64,000 nt of DNA from Negaprion brevirostris (taxonomy: Eukaryota). The notes under the pieces were generated by a model. It searched no databases. It had not been told where the DNA came from and saw only the letters and a program-made list of their open reading frames with translations. Positions 50,408 to 62,859 of this stretch are shown piece after piece (the first letter of the stretch is position 1; every line of letters starts with the position of its first letter). The stretch lies in assembly GCA_030324005.1 (NCBI GenBank), contig JARDVH010000154.1, forward strand, positions 20,556,397 through 20,620,396, given 5' to 3'. Both the position numbers and the translations under genes were made by a program.

Positions 50408-51658
50408 AGCATGCAACTGTTGGAAGAAGCCTCCAGATCAAAGACGATGCCTAATGCTATTGGTTTAGGACTGGGAACAAGAGGCAAGAGATCCTGAGGC
50501 GTGAAATTGAAAGCTTTTTAAACACTAGATATTTGCTACAAATTGGACTTCACCTTGTTTTAGTTAGCAGCTTATTTTTGTTTTTATAACTGAATACATC
50601 TGTAGCTTTGTGAACTTTGTGTATCTGGCTTGAATTTGGGATTTGCTGCAATTAAACCCAACCTTGTAAAATAACACACAAAAATCTTGGAAGATGGTTG
50701 TAAACTTTCTTGATATCGATCGACAATTGTGAGTAAATCAGCAGATAAGCGAATAAATGTGTTACAGTCTACAGAACTGCCAAGTTGGTTGAGCTGTTAT
50801 GGTCTCAAATTAATTGGCTGGGGAGTTTGATGACTTATGATCCTAAAATAACCAACAGGAGAAATTCCATTCTTGGTGTACAAGCACCAATTTTTTGCTT
50901 GTGCATACACTTGATCAAACCTATTTCTCATTACAATGCACACAAAGGATTTTCAAGTGCTCAGGATCGGATAATAGGTGGAAATCTTAGAGAATTTCAC
51001 AGGTTGCCACTTCTAAATAAGCTGACATTCCACGTCGTTAGCACATCCTAAAATATAGAAACTACTTAAAAGTTTCTGGAGAAGAAGCATTTTTGGCCTA
51101 TGAACAGTAACATTAGTCCTTTCCAGAGGAGGTGCAAAAGGTCATTAAAAAAAAAATCACACGCCCAAAGTGTGTTGTTAATTCTTAAGCTAATGCAAAA
51201 CACAATAACATGAAGCATTAAGGTGTGGATTAGATATCACTGCACTTTGCTGTTGCAAGTTTCACACCTTTTCAGGTACAAGTCCATATTTCCAAACTAA
51301 TCATTTCTGAGATTCTTGACCTCTAAGAGGTGTTTCAAATATAATCCAGGTCACAATTTCACAACAGGGCCCTCTTCCCGATTGTATTTCATAGAGCTTG
51401 CAATTACTTTAATGAATGTGCATATTTAAGATCCTTATCCAGGACTGATGTATTTAAAAAAACTTAAGAAAACTGAACGTTGAGAAAGCAGATAGAAAAA
51501 TTATTCTGTGTTCGCAATGCTTACTGCAGGATCATTGCTCACAAGTTTGCCAGTTGAAACAATCCTCTTTTATTCACTCATTCCTTTGAAACTATATTTG
51601 GCTCTAGAATTTTTGGAATGCTTTTGAGTCGCAGTTATCCCTTTCCCTGCTTTCTTAC

Positions 51659-51792
51659 CTCACACTTGTTGAGTAACCCTGTTTCCTGAAGCCTAGACCA
51701 GACACTCTGTATTCTTCCTGCATGTTCTGGATGGTTATTTGTGTTCCCACAAGTGCACTGGTGTTTCAGCATAAAAGTGTCATAGACTAAAC
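51659..51792 (-). CDS. HDAC5: HDAC5 exon: (G)[44 protein letters not shown]
   Basis: 134 nt; acceptor ttttctag, donor gtaaga. Start of the HDAC domain, with class IIa structural-zinc ligands (CxC, H of HPEH). Confidence 0.96.
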
Positions 51793-52711
51793 CTAGAAAA
51801 GAGGGAAAGGAAAGAAATTAGCAGGAAGTAGCATATTAAAAAGCACTCTGTAATCTATTTTACATTTTTTGTTTAACAATGCATTGACTTTGAACCAGTC
51901 AGGTAAATACCATCCAACACAGCTGCAATTTTAATTTTGACTGATCAGTGCTACCTTCCTAAGAGTTCAAATTTAATGTACAATTTCCAAATTGAATTTT
52001 TAAAAAAGTATGTTAGTCTTGGAAGAAACTATTTTCTCTGTCTGTTTCAACAGCAACAGGGACTAATCAAGTACAACATGATTAAGCTTGATTATGAATG
52101 ACACTGTGATATGCAACAGAAAGCTTCCTTTCTTGGTGTCAACAATAAAGCTCATCAACTTGGCACATCAATGTCTCACGTGCCCATATTTCTTCTGTGA
52201 ATGGCATTGATACAAGCATGATATGAAAATGAACACATATTACAATACGACTGTGAGAGGTCAAACTTACTTCACTCAGAATTTGCTAACATTTTCCAGT
52301 CCGAATGAATGCTCACTGACCTGAAGCGAACCTCGTACCTTCCTCCTCCAATGCTCCCTGACCTGTTGAATATTTTCCAGTATTTTGTTTTTCTGACGTA
52401 CACCATCAACATTTTCATTTAGGATTCATTTGGCTAGTAGTAATCTGATTGAATCCAATTCTGACACTGAAATTTCTTGGTCTTCTGATGGGGAGTGTAA
52501 ATACATCAGGGTTGGACTTTGGTCCACCAAAATCTGAGGCAGCTGTTCTGATCAGAAAGCTTGGGATTAGCTAATTTCCATAATGTAAACTGAACAAGTG
52601 CGATCGACCTGCAAGCTTAAGGGCAGATTTAGTAGAGAAGGAAATATAATTTGGGTAGGAGGAGACTGACATATGTTATCAGATGTGAAGAACTATATAT
52701 AACTAACAGAG

Positions 52712-55092
52712 TGTTTTAATTGCATAATAACTAAATTTAATTACTTTCAGGTGGTGGGCGTTAATTGGTGTTTCACATGCTCCTATAAATAGGAACAGAC
52801 TGAAGTCACAGTGAATGGAGTAAGGAAGTGCGTATTTGTAATGTGCATCCCTCTGTGGAGGAGGTTTGGACTGTCTACTACAGTTCTTGAATGAAATCTA
52901 CAAGAACGATTATCTGTTAAATGCCTACAAGGCAGGGTCAGGATTTGATAGATTTTTGGAAAACCAGAGAAGAATATATCATGGACTTCAACAGATTGCA
53001 TTAAAGATTGATGAAAGTCAATTTGAGGATTTCTGGATCAGTACTGGAGTTTAAACTGCTGGATTAGGCTAAGGTGTACCATATGGACCGGATACTAGTG
53101 TTTAGTTCTCCGAGAGGCAGACCCTTTTGGATCAGATGTGCGTTGTCTTGAAAGAAATTCCTGGCTATATTGCCATTTCCTTCAGCTTCACGGAACAAAT
53201 GGGACATTCCAGAGTGACACAAAGAATTAAGGACTCAACAATTGCCAGATTTTGAAACAGCCCAGATAATTGAAACAAAAAGATTAAATACAGGCAGGAC
53301 AAAGATAAAAGCATCTTTTGCAAATCTGTCAATGCAGACAATTGGAATGAAAATAATGGTTGAATGAATCCCAGAAATGCCCAAAGAACTGTTAATATAT
53401 GCTTCAGGTGTGATTCGAAGTATCATTATACACTGAACTACCCAAAGTGAAGACGTAGAATTCTCAAAATGACGTGAAAGAGAATTCTGAGAAAGAGTAT
53501 ACAAGGGTAACAGATGAGATTAGTGACAAACGTGAAGAACATAAAATGAATCGATGGATGCTGCCAAATTCTACTGTCAGCCTTCCACTGGCATGTGACT
53601 TTAAGGAGGTCGATGCCGTGGATCTAAAGGTCCAGGGTAGGTCATTTCAGACTAAGATGAGAAACTTTTTCACAAAAGGCTGTGGAGGCTAAGTAACTAA
53701 ACTTATTTAAGGAGGAAATAGATTTATTTCTAGATTCTAGGGCATTAAGGGGCAGTGGGTGAACATGGTGATATGACATTGAGATAAAGCATCAGTCATG
53801 ATTATATGGAATGGTGGAGCAGGCTCGAAGGACCAAACACCCTATTCCTGCTCCTATTTTCCATGTTTACTGCAAGTTAACAACCACTGTGCTAAGAGCA
53901 ATTCATGCAAGTAATTCACTTTAGATGACTGGAGGATATATTCCTTATCAATCAGTCTTTCAGTGAAATCCCAAACTTCCTTCTGATCTGTGTAATAGCT
54001 CTCCTTCTCCAGAAGGTACCACAATTAGTTCCATTTTTTTCCTGCACATTTGAATGTTTTGCATTCTGGAGAAAATTCAGGAAGTATTGTACAAAAGTAT
54101 CTGAGATAAGAATCTAATTCAGGAGATTTGGGATATTATAAAAAGCAAGGTCACAAAGGGTGCTTGTTCACTGCTTAGTTGAACGGTCAGACAAGGCTAG
54201 ATGCTGGTTTTGATGTGTTAAAGTTCAATTCTAAATGAAATGCACTGAAGTACAGAACATTGTACTGGCAAATAAAACAAAGAATGTGAAATCTGAATAA
54301 AATTGTGCTCAAGTTCCCTTCCTCAGAACCCAAGGAATATGATTTTAAACAATGCTTCACATGCTGATCTTTCTGATGGGTATTCTAGTCCAGCTGGTTT
54401 CATAATATTTCTGATGAGTGAAAATGGGAAACGTTTTTTAGCTTGGCAAGCTAAGAAAATAAGAAAGGGTTGTTAAAAGTACTCCGACTGTCTAAACACT
54501 GGCTTCTGTGGAGATAATAGTAATAGGATTCTGCTTGTCAAATACTTTATAAGTGATACTTTTTTACAATAGATTGTACACTCATCGAATATTATGTAGA
54601 TAATTGTTCATTGTGAGATAGTGTACACTTTAAAGAGGAAGAGTAACTAAGTTTATGGATTTGTCTTGCAGGCTCAAAACAAGTACTGGAGAGAAAGGAA
54701 ATGTCTAAAATTTAAATGGATGGTTGCAAGTCATCAACTGTTGGATTGTGTACAAAGAAATTATGGTTATGGTGCTAGGGGAGGGAGTGTCACAATATAA
54801 TGATTTGCGCAGAAAATTGGTTGATTTGTGTTTGAAATTTTGTATGTATATAAGACCTAATTTTTTATTTAAAGAGAAGGAAATCTGTAAATTGTGTATT
54901 AACTCCATTTAATTGTATTCAGGTGGTGAGATTCACTTGTGATCCTATGAATAGGAACATACTGAAATTGAGATTCCTGGGATGAGGAGGTACATGTTTG
55001 TAATGTGTATCTTTGTAAATAATTGCTTATTAAAGTCTGTATCGATTGACTCCAGTTCCATCCATCATCACCTGGTTTTCTGGATTATAACA
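52712..55092 (+). mobile_element. Decayed, internally deleted LTR retrotransposon (possibly Gypsy-like)
   Basis: Diverged direct repeats at 52712-~52850 and 54886-55092, both starting TGT and sharing ttcaggtggtg...tcctatRaataggaaca.actgaa...tttgtaatgtg.atc. The 3' copy follows a polypurine tract (54871-54883) and ends TAACA. Flanks are cagag/gagag. Confidence 0.6.
53620..53870 (+). mobile_element. CR1 3' fragment nested in the LTR element
   Basis: catttcagactaagatgagaaac...aatggtggagcaggctcgaagg...ctgctcctatttt. Confidence 0.75.
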
Positions 55093-55654
55093 GAGAGAGC
55101 AGACTCTGGCAAGAAAGAATGAAAAGGCTGTCACATCAGAAGCCAAGTCTTAACTTCTCAGACTGGATTGGAAACGTAGTTATCTTTGGTTAGAAAAGCA
55201 CACAGCAGTTGGAGATGTATGAGTTGCTGTGCCTCAGTGGTTTCCGAAGACTTCTTATTTAACGTTTCTATATGTAATCTTCAATTGGTCCACCAGCTCC
55301 CACTTGCCTCTGAAGATAACTGTGAAATATTTGATTAAGTTGCTCAAAGAGACCCTTCTTCGTGCAGAGGTTGGAAGCCAGTAGACAAGGCATTGAAGAG
55401 CAAGATGCTGCAGTCCAATGTAACTCTGGCGACATAGGCGACCACTCATTCACATTTAGTCTTTCACCCAGTCTCTGCTCTTAGGAAGACTGAAACACTC
55501 ACTGAAAAGGGGGTGGGGGTACAGGTTGGACAGGCAGGGCACTTGGTGAAACAAAGAACACAAGGGAGCCAAAGAATGCAGATATGGTGCATGATGAAGT
55601 TGAATAGAAGATGATAATAGCAACTGCTGGCTGCATAGCCTGCAGACAATCATC

Positions 55655-55820
55655 TAAAGACAAAGTCTCAGTAGGTCTGGCAACATCTGTAAGGAGAGAA
55701 AAGAGCTGACATTGAGTCCAGATATCCTTTGTCAAAGCTTTGCCAGACCTGCTGACATTTTCCAGTATTTTCTGTTTTGGTTTCAGGTTCTAGCATCAGC
55801 AGTAATTTGCTTTTAATTAT
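55655..55820. mobile_element. Penelope-like terminal repeats in inverted arrangement
   Basis: ctcagtaggtctggcaa facing ttgccagacctgctga around tttgtcaaagc. Confidence 0.6.
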
Positions 55821-57457
55821 CTGAAGAGTTGCATTATCAAGAACAGGGCAGCAGCTAGAAACGAGGGAGTTGCATGGCCTCTCCCATAATGTGCAATAGT
55901 TGGCTGGGCAAGTAACACAAAACACTGATGTGATGTGCGCCAACAATTAAAAGTTTTAATTCATGACGTTTCAGTCTGGAGAAAATGGTAGCCGCAGGAG
56001 CTCTTGGAGACTTTCCACTGCTCATTCAACTGATGTGGAGACATGGAACGAATGCAAGCTTCACAAATTCAAGTTGCATTATGACACCATGGCCAATCCC
56101 TTAATGCAATTCTAATTCCGTCCCAGTAAAATATTTCTGAAGATGACATTGGCAAAGGTCAATTCTTTTGAGGATGCATCACTCTATGCTCCATATCACC
56201 CAAGCACCAGCGTACAGCTTTTCGGAGAACAGGGCCATTCCCAGCTCAGCTGAGCAGGGTAGAGATGAGGACTACAGAAGCTTAACAATGACAANNNNAC
56301 TGCTTGCTGCTCACTAGCAGCTATACCTGCTAAAGGAAATCTGGTCAATGGCTGAACGTAGAGCAAAGTCTGCTTTCACCTGAAGGGTATCTATCATCTC
56401 TCATTGCATCAGCATTCTTCAGTCTACCTTGAAGAGTGTGGTCAGCCCCACAAATGCTATGGCCAATATTCACAATGGAAATAAGAGTCAGCAGCTTTTG
56501 ATGTCTTGTCATAAGCTCAAAGAACTGCCATCTAGGTTCTCAGCTCCACCTTGGAGAAATTAGTAGATCAAATATATCAAAGTTTTCAAGGAATTACTCA
56601 TCATTTGCTGTCTGTACACTGTTGGAAGTGATGGCTCCCTGCCCTGAGGGACAGGCAGTACTGCTATGGGTGCAGCACTGCTTGCTATGTCTCAGGAGGT
56701 CAGCATGTTGTCGTCGTCTTCAACTTCTCCAAATATTTGTAATGATGGCTTAAGCAACCAGAAAAGTAAGGATCCCAACACGGGCAACAGATTTTTCATT
56801 GGCTTTGCTGGGAAAACTAGAGAATAATTCAGAGGATAGTAAACTTAGAAAGCCTTCCGACAAGAATAACATCATGGAGTGATGTTTGTTGAGAAATGAC
56901 AGGAAGAGAATTATGTATATAGTTACCATTATCACACTTGTACTTTTGTCTGCATAGTGGTTTTAATAGCAGCTTTTGAGTCTGCATTGTCAGTATGATA
57001 CTGATATAAAGTTGGCTGGTCTTTTTAAATGAAAGATTATGGGAGTTGTGAAGAATGTAACAAGCATTGTTAATGCTGAGGGATAGTAAGTTTTCAAGGC
57101 AAGTAAGTGATCATGTCACCATAGGCATTGTGATACTGACTCATCTCAAGCATCTCTCATTGAAAGGCATTTGTTCCTCCTCCTGTTTCTTGGTTTTACA
57201 CTGACCTTCCTTGTCGGAGGAGCATGCTACTGTGCTTGTGTGAAATGTTGGTTGCTCTTTATGGCAAGGTTCTGCAAGATACAATACACCATTATGGTTC
57301 AGAGAATACTCTTTTTGAGCGATATTATAGGGAGCCCTTAGGCAGGTCCAACAACCTAAACTATTGCTTCAGAAGCCTTGTTAATGATCATGCTGGTGGA
57401 TCCACTACATTAAATAATCACATCTATGTTACGCAGCAGTGATAGGGTTAATGAGGG

Positions 57458-57509
57458 ATGCTGTCGTCCTCCAACAGCAATGCTGTCGTCCTCCAACAGC
57501 AATGCTGTC
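57458..57509. repeat. 22-bp tandem repeat (~2.4 copies)
   Basis: atgctgtcgtcctccaacagca twice plus atgctgtc. Confidence 0.9.
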
Positions 57510-59044
57510 ACATTGATGGAATCGATGCAATATTGGGGCTGGTTGAGTTCCCAGTATACATGTATTACGACAGCAGCTTAGATATCTTGCATAAACTTGC
57601 ATGATCAGACACTGCTTTATAGTAGCCCTATTCAATTCATGAGTGCTGCTGGATGATGTTCTGCTACCCTAATGTATGTGCAATTATTTCCCAGACTCGA
57701 GGGAAATCAGCTACTGTTGAAAATCCCTGAGCTATATCTTGTTCCATCCTGTTGACTATTGAGGTCACTGGAGCCAGTGATTTATTGATTAGTTCTGCTG
57801 AAAAGGGAATTGGTGACCTGCTTAAGGCAGTTGTAACTTGCAGACAGTGGGCTGTCCTTGCAGCAAATTGGAAGCAGCCAATGGCAAAGAAAAAGAAGGA
57901 TTAGTCATACCCTAGCCCGCATTGCAAAATATGGCCTCTGGTCCTGTTGCAGAGATCTACAATGACAGCTGGGCCAAGGGAGGTCTTCCCACTCATTTAA
58001 ACATTTGTCTTCTTTTATAGATTTAAGAAATGGATTCTTGGCCTGTCCACCCTGTGTGTTGGCTATGGCCCTCTAGACGCATCCCCTCTGATATCTTGTC
58101 TTTTAATTGGCCAAGCTGTTGTTCATGCTGGTTGCTGAGGCAACTGCTGCTCCTCTTCTTCATTATCTAGCAATAACACCTGTGATAAGCAGACTGAGCT
58201 CAAAGAAGTTGATTAAGGTAGATAATATCAGAAAGAAGCTATCTGGAAGCAGTTTTTGCAATGCAAACAGCATAATGCATTCAGATGCTCTGATGCAATT
58301 AGATGAAACATCTTTAAACATTCATTCAGTGCCAGCGACACTAATCCCGCTCATTTCTACCAGTGGGTTTTGTCATGAAACAAGACTCCAGGATTTGTGA
58401 TCATATTTGGATCATACACACGATCACAATTTGTACTAATTCATGAGGTCTCTGTCCAGTTCTGTGCTTGAACCCCACAGAAAAAAACTTGCGGCTAAAA
58501 CGTCGTCTGGCAGGAATGGAACAGCAATGTTAACCAATCATCTGCCCATGCGATTCTTGACAGAAGGTTACATTTTCCATTATAGAAAGAATCTGTTCAA
58601 TATTCAAAGGACTTGGGGGAACCCAAAAGGATCGTCGTCTCTATCCCAAGAAGCTCGGTGTCAATTTCATTGAGGCTATGTGCCTTGTGGAGTTTATATA
58701 GCACCTTTAACATAATAATGTATTGCTTTTGTAATTTTGATACAAGGGCTCTCGGTATTTAGTTTTCTTGTAAAACAAAAGGGTACAGGCAATGTGATAG
58801 AGCTAAGGCTTATAATGTAATGTCTTACTGTGACAGTTAAGATTTCACAAACCATAAAGCAGTTGGCAAGGTAACACAGATCTTTGCTAAGCTCATGCTT
58901 CAAAATAATAGTGTTCTACTCCAGCAAATAATGCTGGCTCTTGGCTGTCAACTGGGTGCTGCCACTATACCTGTTTTTCTTTTCCTCAATAGGTGGGTAT
59001 AGCCATCAGTAGTATTGCCATCAGCCAACCTGGCATCATTCAGA

Positions 59045-59211
59045 ACAGGACTGGGGCAAGGTGAGCTATAGCAGGATCAGGAGGGAGCTGCAGGACACTG
59101 ATTGGGAAGGACTGTTAGCTGGCAAGTCCACGGCTGGCAAGTGGGAGGCTTTTAAGGGCAGAATGAAATGGTTGCAGGGGAGGTATGTTCCGGTTAAGCG
59201 GAAGGATGGGA
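59045..59211 (+). mobile_element. CR1 ORF2 fragment ending at a gap
   Basis: YSRIRRELQDTDWEGLLAGKSTAGKWEAFKGRM...YVPVK resembles the CR1 endonuclease-RT linker. Confidence 0.75.
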
Positions 59212-59419
59212 NNNNNNNNNNNNNNNNNNNNNNNNNNNNNNNNNNNNNNNNNNNNNNNNNNNNNNNNNNNNNNNNNNNNNNNNNNNNNNNNNNNNNNNNN
59301 NNNNNNNNNNNGAAGGACACAGATTTCAGACTAAGCCTGCTGCAGCGGGTGAGAGATTCAATAAGAGGGAGAAACGTACGTGACACTGTACTTTCCAGCT
59401 TATCTATCACAGATACATC

Positions 59420-61860
59420 TGTCTGAGACAGTCTTGAAGGAGTGACCACCGCACAATCCTTGTGGCTTGTCACATTTTCACACCGAAGGTTATCGTCCAT
59501 CCTATTGTGTTGTACTACTTATCACAATACTAAATAGGATCGATTCAGAATAGTACAAGGAGCTCAAAACTGGACATCCATGAGGTGTTGTGGGCTACTA
59601 ACAGCAGTAGAATTTTATTCAACCATAATCTGTAGCCTCATGGCCTGGCATATCCTTTACTCTACACCATTGCCAATCTTCGTTTAATGAAGAATACAGC
59701 AATGCATGCCAAGAGCAGCAACAGGCATACTGAAAAACATGTTGCCAAACTGGTGAAGACACAATACAGGACTACTTGCAAGCTAAATGGTAGAAGTAGC
59801 GTACGACAAAGAGCTAAATAATCCCACAGCCAAATGATCAGATCAAAGTTCTGCAGTCCTACTAATTCCAGTCATGCAATGAACAATTAAACAACTAAAT
59901 AGGGAAAGAGACTCAGAAGCCTTCCCATCCGCAATGGTGGGGGAACTGAGCACATTAGTGCAAAATATAAGGCTGAAGCATTTGCATCCATCTTCACCCA
60001 GATGTGTTAATTAGATACTCCATCTGGGCCTCCTCCTCAGGTCTACAGCATTACTGATGCCCACTTTCAGCCAAGTGGACTCCTCCAGGTGAAATCAAGA
60101 AGTGGCTGAAAACCGTAGATGCAGCAAAGGCCACAGGCCAAAACAACATCCTGGCTATAGTACTGAAGACATGTACTCCTAAGGACATGCTGATTAGGTG
60201 CACTGGCCATGTTAAGTTCTCCCTCAGTGTACTCAAACAGATGCAGGAGTGTGGCAACTAGGGGATTTTCACAGTAACTTCATTGTGGTGTTAATGTAAG
60301 CTTACTTGTGACTAATAAATAAACTTTCAACTTTAACTTAATTAGCTGTGCCCTTAAATCATCTGCTCTTGTACAGCTGCAAAGCTGGCATCCACACAAC
60401 AATGTGGAAAATTGTCTATAAAGAGCAAATCTAAACTGGCCAATTATTGCCTCCTTAGAATAATAATTTACTCTTAAACATTAGTAAACTGGTGCTATCG
60501 TATAGCACTTACACAGAAATAATCTGTTCACCAATTGATTCCACAATGGCCACTTGGCACCAGATCTCATTACAGCCTCAGCCCACACATGGGCAAAAGA
60601 CCCAAATTTCAGTGGTGAAGGGAGAGATCAATGCAGCATTTGACTGAGTGCAACATCAAAAATCCTCAGCACAAATGAAGTCAATGAGAATTGAGGGGAA
60701 ATTCTCCATTGGTTGTAGTTTTACCCAGCACAAAGGAAGATTGAAGGTGGTTGTGGTTGTTGGAAGCCAGGATATTGCTGCAGGAATTCCTCAGGGTTGT
60801 ATTTCACACTCAACCATTGTCAGCTCCTTCATGAATGACCTTCCCTCCATCATAAGGTCTGAAGTGGGAATGTTTGCTCACTGATTGTGTTGTTCGGTCC
60901 CATTCACAATGCCTCAGATACTGAAACAGTCTGTGTTCCCATGCACCAGAGACTTGAACAATATTCAGGCGTGGGCTGGTAAGTGGCAAGTGACAAGTGA
61001 CATTCATGCAACACAAATACTCCAAGGAGAGAGAATCTATCCATCATCTTTGATATTTAACATCACAATCATCAGTGAATCTCCCACCATTAATATTCTG
61101 GGGGTTACCATTGACCAGAAATTTAACTAAAACAGCCATACTTACTCTGGTCAGTTGAGCAGGTCAGTGAAAAACTCACCTCCTCACTCCCTAAAGTATG
61201 TTTCCCATCTATAGGGTGCAAGTCAGGGGTGTGATGGAATACTCTCCACTTGCTTGGATGAGTACAACTCCAATATTCAAGAATTCAACATCACCCAAGA
61301 CAAGTCAACCATCTTGATCAAAACCCACGGCCACCCTGTATTTACTCCCTGTACCACTGGTACTCTGGCAGCAATTCAACAAGGTTCCTTTGACTGCACT
61401 TCCAAATCCACACTCTATAACAGCGATTAATAAATGCAGAAGACACTATGGAACACCACCACATGCAAACTCCCCTCCAAGTAACACTACACCCCTTCCT
61501 AACAGCACTGTGGGTGTGCCTACACCACATGAACTGTAGTGGTTCAAGGAAGCTGCTCACCACCACCTTCTCAAGGGCAAATAAAGGATGGGCAATAAAT
61601 ATTGGCCTAACCAAGGATGCTAAAATCCTGCAAAATAATAAAAAAAAATCTGTGTTGGTATTGTGTTCTTTCATTTGTGCTGGGTTAAAATCCTGGAATT
61701 CCATCCCCAACAGCCCTGTGGGCACATTAACACCAGTTGGACTGCTGTAGTTTAAGAAGATGGTTCACCACCAACTTCTTGAGGGCATTTTTGATGGGCA
61801 ATAAATGCTGCTTTTGCCAATAATGCTCACATTCCAAGAACAAAAAACAAAAAGGAAAAA
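59420..61860 (+). mobile_element. Long degenerate CR1-clade LINE with a second 3' tail (61655-61860)
   Basis: ORF 60648..60884 has AGIPQG...FMNDLPSIIRSEVGMFA (RT core); 60885..61130 has DLNNIQAWAGKWQVT and INILGVTIDQKFN; tail gggcaataaat...A-run. Confidence 0.85.
60182..60335 (+). mobile_element. 5'-truncated V-SINE, second tail type, nested in the LINE
   Basis: ttaggtgcactggccatg...ggagtgtggcaactaggggattttcacagtaac...gactaataaataaacttt. Confidence 0.82.
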
Positions 61861-62859
61861 TTGCTTTTATACATGCCACTCCGCAGCACAAGTGATCTGA
61901 TGACAAGGTATCAGAGCTATGCGAGTAGCAGGTATTCCTCAACATACTGGAAACATTCTTCCTTTAGCTCCAGCTGTTTAAATAGAGCTGGAAGGCTGGA
62001 CCGATGAGCTATAAAAGCAACATGGATCTGTGCCTACTGTAGCAAATGGCGTGCACATTTAGGGAACGGATGTCTTTGAGGTTTATACAAATATGGCTGT
62101 TAACATATGGGATATATAATGCCATATGGGTGCAATCAATAACTCCCACAGCCCTGATGAGTATGGATAATTGTGAAAAAATTGAGAGACCTCTCAGTTA
62201 TCTGGCTGTGGGCACCATAGAACTGTATAAAATGAAATGCCTGTTGAAGAAGGCAGTGGTGGCTTGCCTTTTGGAGTAGTGCACAGCAAATTAGCTAATC
62301 AGACACAAGTCCTCTGCAGCTCCCTAGAATAAATCTGTGGCATAAAATTTGAGAGCTGCGGTCACATTTGCTGCTATCGTGAAAGATGTTGGGGGCTCTG
62401 GACACTGGTTCCAGGTCTGACTGCAACAACACGTGGAGCTCCTCTGAAGCTTCCTGGCTGAAGTGTAGCCATATAAGAAAGACCTTCTGAATCTAAACAT
62501 CTGGTAGGATGCGTGCTGCTGAGGTCGTCTGATTCTGCTTTGGTTCAGTTCGTTCTGGATTACCACAAATTTACCTATGATCTTTTTTCCTCTAGTATAT
62601 GTACGACTTGACTTTCAAGCTCCTCAACATAGGATTGAGGAGGTACCTCAAGTATGTGCTGGGAATCCCCTTTGGAGGTTCAGAGGTAAAGTCGCTCAGC
62701 AGTCAGCCAGAAGTTCAGACTCCCCTTGGACAACTGACCTGCACTGGGATCCATCAGAAAATGAGATTTGAATCACAAATCACAGATGGTTTGGACTGGA
62801 TTACATCAAGTTACCTAGAAAAGGTTACAAGGATTAAAATCACTTCTAACTTTGGGTAA

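Noticed and set aside
50354-57509. Short direct repeats (29 bp at 50354, 22 bp at 57458) as CRISPR-like arrays
   Set aside because: Only two to three adjacent copies, no spacers, eukaryotic context; simple slippage duplications.
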